The notes beneath the pieces are model-generated. The model was not told where the DNA came from and ran no database searches. It was given only the letters and a program-made list of their open reading frames with translations. DNA of 10,430 bases from Candidatus Sumerlaeota bacterium (GTDB taxonomy: Bacteria; Sumerlaeota; Sumerlaeia; MWCT01): NCBI GenBank assembly GCA_026398545.1, contig JAPLSR010000069.1, positions 1-10,430 of the forward strand, written 5' to 3'. The position numbers and the translations under genes are program-made. This document shows, in pieces, positions 5,533-10,430 of the stretch (positions are counted from its first letter, which is position 1; every line of letters begins with the position of its first letter).

Positions 5533-7122
5533 GTGAGATACCTGGCTAAACCAATGGAGATATGGGTGTTTCTTCTGGCGCTCACCCTATTTTCTTTAGC
5601 GACTCTGGCGACCGCCGTGCCCTCGCTCGATGAAATCACCAGCGCCTGCATGTTTCTCAAGCCGGGCGATATTCCCGCTGATACCTTTCAGCCGCCCGCC
5701 AAAGCAATCTATGTGGCAACAGAAGCGGATAGCGGTAATGACAACAACAGCGGGCTTTCCTTAGACGCCCCCCTTCTCCATCTCCATAAAGCTATTGAGT
5801 ATGCCAACAATAATCCCGAAACTTCCTTCACAATTTATATCCGGCGCGGCGTGCATTATTATAAAGACGGAGGTGATTACGAGTACCAGCGCATTGAGCG
5901 CGGCAATCTATACATCACTGCCTATCAGGGCGAAGATGTGACCATCCGCCCCTATTACTGGCCCGGCAATCCCACATCCTACAGTAATGAACGCGTATTT
6001 GAGATTTACGGTCCTTATGAAAATATCACCATCGATGGGCTCAAGTTTGAGGGTTGGTCGGCGATTGTGACTGCTGGACTTTTGGACCTCACCACGCCTG
6101 CCCTTCACAACCTCACTATCAAAAATATCTCCGCCACGAAGTTCACACGCCGTGACGACAATCCGGACTTTCACCCCGTTTTCTTTGATACCGCCTACCT
6201 CTCTGAGGATGTCTATGGTGAAGGCAAACATATATACGACAACCCCGACACCGCCCATTACCAGATTGAAAACTTCATCCTTTCCAATATTCATGTGGAA
6301 GGCGTGGACCTGGTAATCAACATCGGTGATGAGAATGACGCCAATGTCCGGGGGTTGCGGATAACGCATTTTGATGCGGTGAACCCGCCGGGACAGGCAG
6401 GCAACAGCTCCTCCGACGCCTTTGCCATTGTCAACAGCTCCAAAATCCTGATTGACCACTGCCGGATTGAAAATATTAACGATGACGGAGTGGACACCAA
6501 GGGTTATAACGTGGCGGTGGTGAATTCTTTTATCACCGGCACTGGCAGGAATGCGGTCAAATTCTGGCGCAACGGAGAGATTATCAACACCATTTTATAT
6601 AACGTCACCCAGATTGATGATGGGGCGATTATTGTGGAGGACGGTCCCTGCCGCATTATCAACAGCGTGCTTCTGCATCATGCGGTTGGGTATGCAGGGA
6701 CGTATGACTATAATGAGCCGACAACGACCACACTGGAGATCGTAAATTCGGTCTTTGGCGAGGTGCAGGATTTTTATGTCAACACGAGCGGCCTGCGGGC
6801 GCATAATAATCGCTGGTTTGACATGCTGAATGACGCCCCCATCATCAGCGGTCTGGTCAATGCGGACAACGCAGACCAGTTGAATGTCCTGCCGAACTGT
6901 TCGGGTAATGCCATGTCCACGAATCAATTCGTGAATCCCGCCGCAGGCGATTTTTCTCTAAAGAGTGGAAGCGACTGGATTGATGCGGGTATCAGCGCGG
7001 GTGTGCGCCTGCCCTCATTTGATTACCGTGGACACCCGCGAATAATCGGCAGCGGCGTGGATATTGGCCCCATTGAATACCAGACGCCGCCCCCACCCGT
7101 GTGCTTCTGGATGTTGTATTGA
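5533..7122 (+). CDS. Secreted right-handed parallel beta-helix repeat protein with a C-terminal choice-of-anchor-Q-like region; a possible polysaccharide lyase/hydrolase or adhesin. GTG start.
   Basis: 529 aa. Signal peptide: MRYLAKPMEIWVFLLALTLFSLATLATAVPSL. The protein has repeated beta-helix-like segments rich in N, I, V and G (NITIDGLKFEG, NLTIKNISA, IDHCRIENINDDGVDTKGYNVAVVNSFITGTG). The C-terminal motif FVNPAAGDFSLKSGSDWIDAGISAGVRLPSFDYRGHPRIIGSGVDIGPIEY is typical of the C-terminal cap of secreted beta-helix proteins. AAGGA lies 8-9 nt upstream of GTG 5533. The internal ATG 5554 has no Shine-Dalgarno and would yield a signal peptide lacking a basic n-region. Confidence 0.75.
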   Translation: MRYLAKPMEIWVFLLALTLFSLATLATAVPSLDEITSACMFLKPGDIPADTFQPPAKAIYVATEADSGNDNNSGLSLDAPLLHLHKAIEYANNNPETSFTIYIRRGVHYYKDGGDYEYQRIERGNLYITAYQGEDVTIRPYYWPGNPTSYSNERVFEIYGPYENITIDGLKFEGWSAIVTAGLLDLTTPALHNLTIKNISATKFTRRDDNPDFHPVFFDTAYLSEDVYGEGKHIYDNPDTAHYQIENFILSNIHVEGVDLVINIGDENDANVRGLRITHFDAVNPPGQAGNSSSDAFAIVNSSKILIDHCRIENINDDGVDTKGYNVAVVNSFITGTGRNAVKFWRNGEIINTILYNVTQIDDGAIIVEDGPCRIINSVLLHHAVGYAGTYDYNEPTTTTLEIVNSVFGEVQDFYVNTSGLRAHNNRWFDMLNDAPIISGLVNADNADQLNVLPNCSGNAMSTNQFVNPAAGDFSLKSGSDWIDAGISAGVRLPSFDYRGHPRIIGSGVDIGPIEYQTPPPPVCFWMLY

Positions 7123-7123
7123 G

Positions 7124-8155
7124 ATGAAAACAACTTCTTCGCATTCAATGAAGTTAAATATCGCGGCAGGCTGTAAATGCCTGTTATTCGGGTTTGCCGC
7201 TTTCTTAGTCGGCGCGTGTTCGCGGTCGATTTGTCCACGCACCAGCATTGTGCCAGCAAGCTGGCTGTCATCTCCCCGGAAAATCCAACTGGAAATCCTT
7301 GTGCAGGTCGCTATCGAAGAAGTGCTGAAGGGTGAGGCGTTAGCGCGGGAAAACAGCCGTCTTGGACTTCCCGCCGACCTCCCTCCGCAGCTGATGTTCT
7401 GGTCATCCGACCTGCGCAATCACCTCGGACAGCAGGGGGTGGAACTGGTGGAATGCGACCCGCCGCCTACGAACACGGTCAACGACGCAGAGAACGGCAA
7501 CCGGATACTCAATTGGGATTTATCCAAAGACCTGCAATCCGGGACGACGGTGACACTGCATCGGGTGTATAACCTTACAATCAACGCATTCAATCGTCCA
7601 ATTGATGAAAAGTCTTTCGGGGGTTATGATTTATCGGCTCCGCAGGTAGCCTTTTATACGAAATCCGAGCCTTTCCTTGAGCAGACGGAGGGGATATCTC
7701 AAGCGGCGCGGGAAGCCGTCGGAGAGGAAGTCAACCCCTGGGCAAAGGCGCGATTGATATTCCGATGGGTGAGAAGGCACATGGTCTATAAATACCCGCC
7801 GCCGGGAGGGCGCGGGGCGACTGTCGCTTTGCGAGAGGGGCGCGGGGATTGCGGTCAATATGCCGATTTGTTTATTGCAATGTGCCGCAGCGCAGGCGTC
7901 CCGGCTCGGTTCGTCGGAGGATTTGCGCTTAATGAGACCCAACCGGGGCAATCGCCGGTGGTCGGTTCGCACGCATGGGCGGAAGTCCTGCTCCCTGATG
8001 GAAGCTGGGTTCCAGTTGACCCGACGCCGGTCTGGGCAACCTATCAGTTCAGTGATGTTCAGGGGGGGCGCACCGAATTCATGCAAACCGTTACGGAGCT
8101 GAAAACCGGCGTAAAGGCATCCGTGAAAATCGAACGAAAGGCGTCTCAGAGATAA
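7124..8155 (+). CDS. Transglutaminase-like superfamily cysteine protease (Cys-His-Asp triad), probable lipoprotein.
   Basis: Catalytic motifs: [26 protein letters not shown] (Cys), [21 protein letters not shown] (His and Asp). The N-terminus [35 protein letters not shown] has a lipobox-like VGAC. ATG 7124 lies 1 nt after the upstream TGA stop (TGAgATG), which suggests translational coupling. The track's 7064 start is a TTG inside the upstream gene. Confidence 0.8.
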   Translation: MKTTSSHSMKLNIAAGCKCLLFGFAAFLVGACSRSICPRTSIVPASWLSSPRKIQLEILVQVAIEEVLKGEALARENSRLGLPADLPPQLMFWSSDLRNHLGQQGVELVECDPPPTNTVNDAENGNRILNWDLSKDLQSGTTVTLHRVYNLTINAFNRPIDEKSFGGYDLSAPQVAFYTKSEPFLEQTEGISQAAREAVGEEVNPWAKARLIFRWVRRHMVYKYPPPGGRGATVALREGRGDCGQYADLFIAMCRSAGVPARFVGGFALNETQPGQSPVVGSHAWAEVLLPDGSWVPVDPTPVWATYQFSDVQGGRTEFMQTVTELKTGVKASVKIERKASQR

Positions 8156-8192
8156 TATTGAAAAAAATCCAATGGCACAAGGAGTTCTGGCA

Positions 8193-9467
8193 ATGCGGTT
8201 ATTCAATTTGGTCATGGTGGTAGGAATTACTCTAATTGCGCATGCGGCATACTCAGCGCAACCCGGGCCCGACAAAATCCCCGCACTCCAACAAGATACC
8301 AGCGGTCAGACTGATGATGCCCTGTTACGCAAAGTCCGGGAGATTCTCCATGAGGTCCCGCTCATTGACGGTCATAACGACACCCCCTGGCAGTATCTGA
8401 AGCGTGTAAACAATAACCTGGACAGACTCAACCTCACCTCCGACACCAGCAGCCTGGAACATCCGATGCGAACCGATCTGCGGCGCCTTCGTGACGGATG
8501 TGTCGGAGCCCAGTTCTGGTCTGCATTCGTTATGCCCCCCAAAGATAATGGAGGTGTTTCTCGCGCCTTCTTTGAGCAGATTGACCTCATTCATCGCATG
8601 ATAACCCGCCATTCCGATTCTCTGGAATTGGCTCAAACGGCTGACGACATCTTGCGCATCCATCGCTCCGGCAAGATTGCATCCCTCATCGCCATCGAAG
8701 GCGGTCACTCCATCGACAACTCTCTTGCAGTGCTCCGGATGTTCTACCTATGCGGCGCACGCTACATGACCCTGACCCATAATCGGAACTGCGACTGGGC
8801 GGATTCCGCAACCGATAAACCGGCTCATGGCGGGCTGACCCCATTTGGACATGAGGTCATACATGAGATGAATCGCCTTGGGATGCTCGTGGACCTTTCA
8901 CACGTCTCTACCGATACGATGCGTCAGGCGCTCGATATTTCCGAGGCGCCGGTCATCTTTTCACATTCCTGTGCACGCGCCCTTTGCGACACTCCCCGCA
9001 ATGTCCCGGATGATATTCTCAAACGCCTATCTGAGAAGGATGGAATTATCATGGTCGCCTTCCTGCCGGATTATATCGCTGGCGAAAATTATACCCTGGA
9101 AAAAGCAGAGGAAAATCGTCTTGAGTCACTCTATCCCGGACAACCCGAAAAGATGCGGGAAGGGATGAGGCATTGGTGGCATACCCAGCATCATACAGAT
9201 GTCAAACTGGCACAGGTTGCCGACCATATTGACCACATTCGCAAAGTGGCTGGTATTGACCATGTGGGCATTGGTTCCGACTTTGATGGATTTGAAGGCG
9301 CTGTTAAAGGTCTTGAGGACGTTTCACGCTTTCCTGCCCTGTTGGCTGAACTTATGCGGCGGGGTTACACCCCGGAAGACATCAAGAAGATCGCCGGTCT
9401 CAACTTTCTTCGTGTTTTTCGGGCCGCCGAGCAAACGGCAGTCCGTATCCAATCCCGGCGACACTGA
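8193..9467 (+). CDS. Membrane (renal-type) dipeptidase, peptidase family M19, with an N-terminal signal peptide.
   Basis: The hallmark [11 protein letters not shown] motif (the DGHND Zn-binding motif of M19) is present, as are the His/Asp/Glu-containing segments ([36 protein letters not shown]). The signal peptide [22 protein letters not shown] starts from ATG 8193, which has AAGGAG 8 nt upstream. The track start 8172 has no RBS. Confidence 0.85.
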   Translation: MRLFNLVMVVGITLIAHAAYSAQPGPDKIPALQQDTSGQTDDALLRKVREILHEVPLIDGHNDTPWQYLKRVNNNLDRLNLTSDTSSLEHPMRTDLRRLRDGCVGAQFWSAFVMPPKDNGGVSRAFFEQIDLIHRMITRHSDSLELAQTADDILRIHRSGKIASLIAIEGGHSIDNSLAVLRMFYLCGARYMTLTHNRNCDWADSATDKPAHGGLTPFGHEVIHEMNRLGMLVDLSHVSTDTMRQALDISEAPVIFSHSCARALCDTPRNVPDDILKRLSEKDGIIMVAFLPDYIAGENYTLEKAEENRLESLYPGQPEKMREGMRHWWHTQHHTDVKLAQVADHIDHIRKVAGIDHVGIGSDFDGFEGAVKGLEDVSRFPALLAELMRRGYTPEDIKKIAGLNFLRVFRAAEQTAVRIQSRRH

Positions 9468-9540
9468 ATCCCCGGACAACCCAAGCCTCGCTTTCCCACC
9501 ACATCCTTTATCCGCAGGCGATTCACCTGATGAGAAAAAA

Positions 9541-10430
9541 TTAACCTACAAAGACGTGTTCTTCGGGATATCGGAATCTTGCCTGTTTCAGCTGTCCTAT
9601 CATCGCCAGACCTATCGTCAGCGGTCCCACGCGTCCGATGAACATCGTCACTGTCAGCGCAAATTTCCCCACGTCGGATAGCTGCGAGGTAATGCCCATC
9701 GATAATCCTGTGTTGCCCAGGGCGGACATGGTCTCGAAGAGTATCTGCAGAAAGGATACCCGTTCCGTCACGCAGAGAAGCAGGAGGTCGGCAATTATTA
9801 CGGCAACGAAAAGAAAAAAGACGGAATATGCCTTGCCGATAATTTCCTGAGGTATCCTCCTCCCGAAAAAATTGGTGTCGCTTTGTCCCCGCAGCTGGGA
9901 ACGTATGGATAGGAGGAGCACTCCCAGTGTTGTTGTTTTAATGCCGCCGCCGGTGCTCCCCGGCGATGCCCCGACAAACATGAGGAGAATGAGCATGACA
10001 AGGCAGGAAGGCGTCAGCGCTCCGATATTCACGGTATTGTAACCATCGGTGGTCGAGGCGGAGATTGTCTGAAAGGACGCCTCCATGAAGCGCTGGGGGA
10101 ATTTTACGGAGGAATCCCATTTCCCGGCGCCCAGGAGAATCACGGTTCCCGCAACCAGCAGGCTGGTGGTAACTATCAAAGCCAGCCTGCTGTGCAGGGA
10201 TAGTCTGAATCGAACTTTCCGGGTCATCCGATACTTTCCCGCTTGAAAAAGGTCCATCAAGACAAAAAAGCCGATGCCCCCGGCAAGCGAAACCAGACTT
10301 ATGGTCATATTCACAAGGATTGAATTTTTGTAGGGCATCAGGCTATCCGGAAAGAGGCAGAATCCGGCGGTGCAGAAGGCTGAAATGGAATGAAACAGTC
10401 CAAGATAGATGGACCTCGGGATGGAATATT
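9541..10430 (-). CDS. trkH: TrkH/KtrB-family K+ uptake transporter membrane subunit, C-terminal about 296 aa. The 5' end is beyond the window.
   Basis: The selectivity-filter-like motifs PGSTGGGIKTTT and SALGNTGLS are present, and my translation upstream of the listed Met continues ...YSIPRSIYLGLFHSISAFCTAGFCLFPDSLMPYKN... to the window edge with no stop. The protein is multi-TM and hydrophobic. It converges with the dipeptidase gene across a 73-nt gap. Confidence 0.8.
   Translation of the reverse strand, partial: YSIPRSIYLGLFHSISAFCTAGFCLFPDSLMPYKNSILVNMTISLVSLAGGIGFFVLMDLFQAGKYRMTRKVRFRLSLHSRLALIVTTSLLVAGTVILLGAGKWDSSVKFPQRFMEASFQTISASTTDGYNTVNIGALTPSCLVMLILLMFVGASPGSTGGGIKTTTLGVLLLSIRSQLRGQSDTNFFGRRIPQEIIGKAYSVFFLFVAVIIADLLLLCVTERVSFLQILFETMSALGNTGLSMGITSQLSDVGKFALTVTMFIGRVGPLTIGLAMIGQLKQARFRYPEEHVFVG

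Noticed and set aside
5908-6927. Minus-strand ORFs (183, 69 and 110 aa) inside the beta-helix gene.
   Set aside because: They are antisense shadows; the plus-strand frame encodes a coherent signal-peptide beta-helix protein.
7631-8275. 214-aa minus-strand ORF antisense to the transglutaminase-like gene.
   Set aside because: It is an antisense, Arg-rich, low-complexity translation typical of high-GC shadow ORFs.
9468-9540. Searched the convergent junction between the dipeptidase gene and trkH for a bidirectional intrinsic terminator.
   Set aside because: Only a 4-bp stem (CAGG...CCTG) and a run of A/T adjacent to the trkH stop were found. There is no convincing GC-rich hairpin plus U-tract, so no terminator call is made.
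1-10430. Scanned for CRISPR arrays, tRNA or rRNA genes, IS elements and integrase or recombinase genes flanking the TA island.
   Set aside because: There are no spaced direct repeats of CRISPR type, no tRNA-like T-loop or acceptor structures in intergenic regions, and no transposase- or integrase-like ORFs. The TA cassette has no recognisable flanking target-site duplications.

Overview
Bacterial chromosomal window whose GC content is well above 50% overall (my eyeball counts of six 60-nt lines run 27-75%, and roughly 68-75% in the two high-GC flanking lines), most likely from an uncultured or poorly characterised lineage. It holds nine protein-coding genes in two blocks and no rRNA, tRNA, CRISPR or transposase. 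The minus-strand block is a co-directional string: flotillin-like SPFH protein (3280-5322), then an AT-rich HepT/MntA (HEPN/MNT, type VII) toxin-antitoxin cassette (2574-3220), then a stand-alone GltD-like Fe-S flavoprotein (1183-2517), then glutamate 5-kinase proB (1-1083, 3' end beyond the window). The plus-strand block is a tightly packed three-gene module of exported proteins: a signal-peptide right-handed beta-helix protein (5533-7122), a transglutaminase-like cysteine-protease lipoprotein (7124-8155) and a peptidase M19 membrane dipeptidase (8193-9467). A TrkH/KtrB-family K+ transporter gene (9541-10430, 5' end beyond the window) converges on it. Points worth a second look: the low-GC toxin-antitoxin island wedged inside a high-GC housekeeping string; the uncharacterised beta-helix / transglutaminase-like / dipeptidase combination; an internally duplicated, unusually long flotillin; tandem anti-Shine-Dalgarno-like octamer repeats in the proB leader; tandem palindromic CAATTGT repeats at the gltD-like 3' end; and a divergent control region (5323-5532) with a 13-bp palindrome and direct repeats. 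The ORF track treats TTG/GTG as Met, so several listed starts (2544, 3241, 7064, 8172) are probably upstream of the real ATG starts supported by Shine-Dalgarno spacing.
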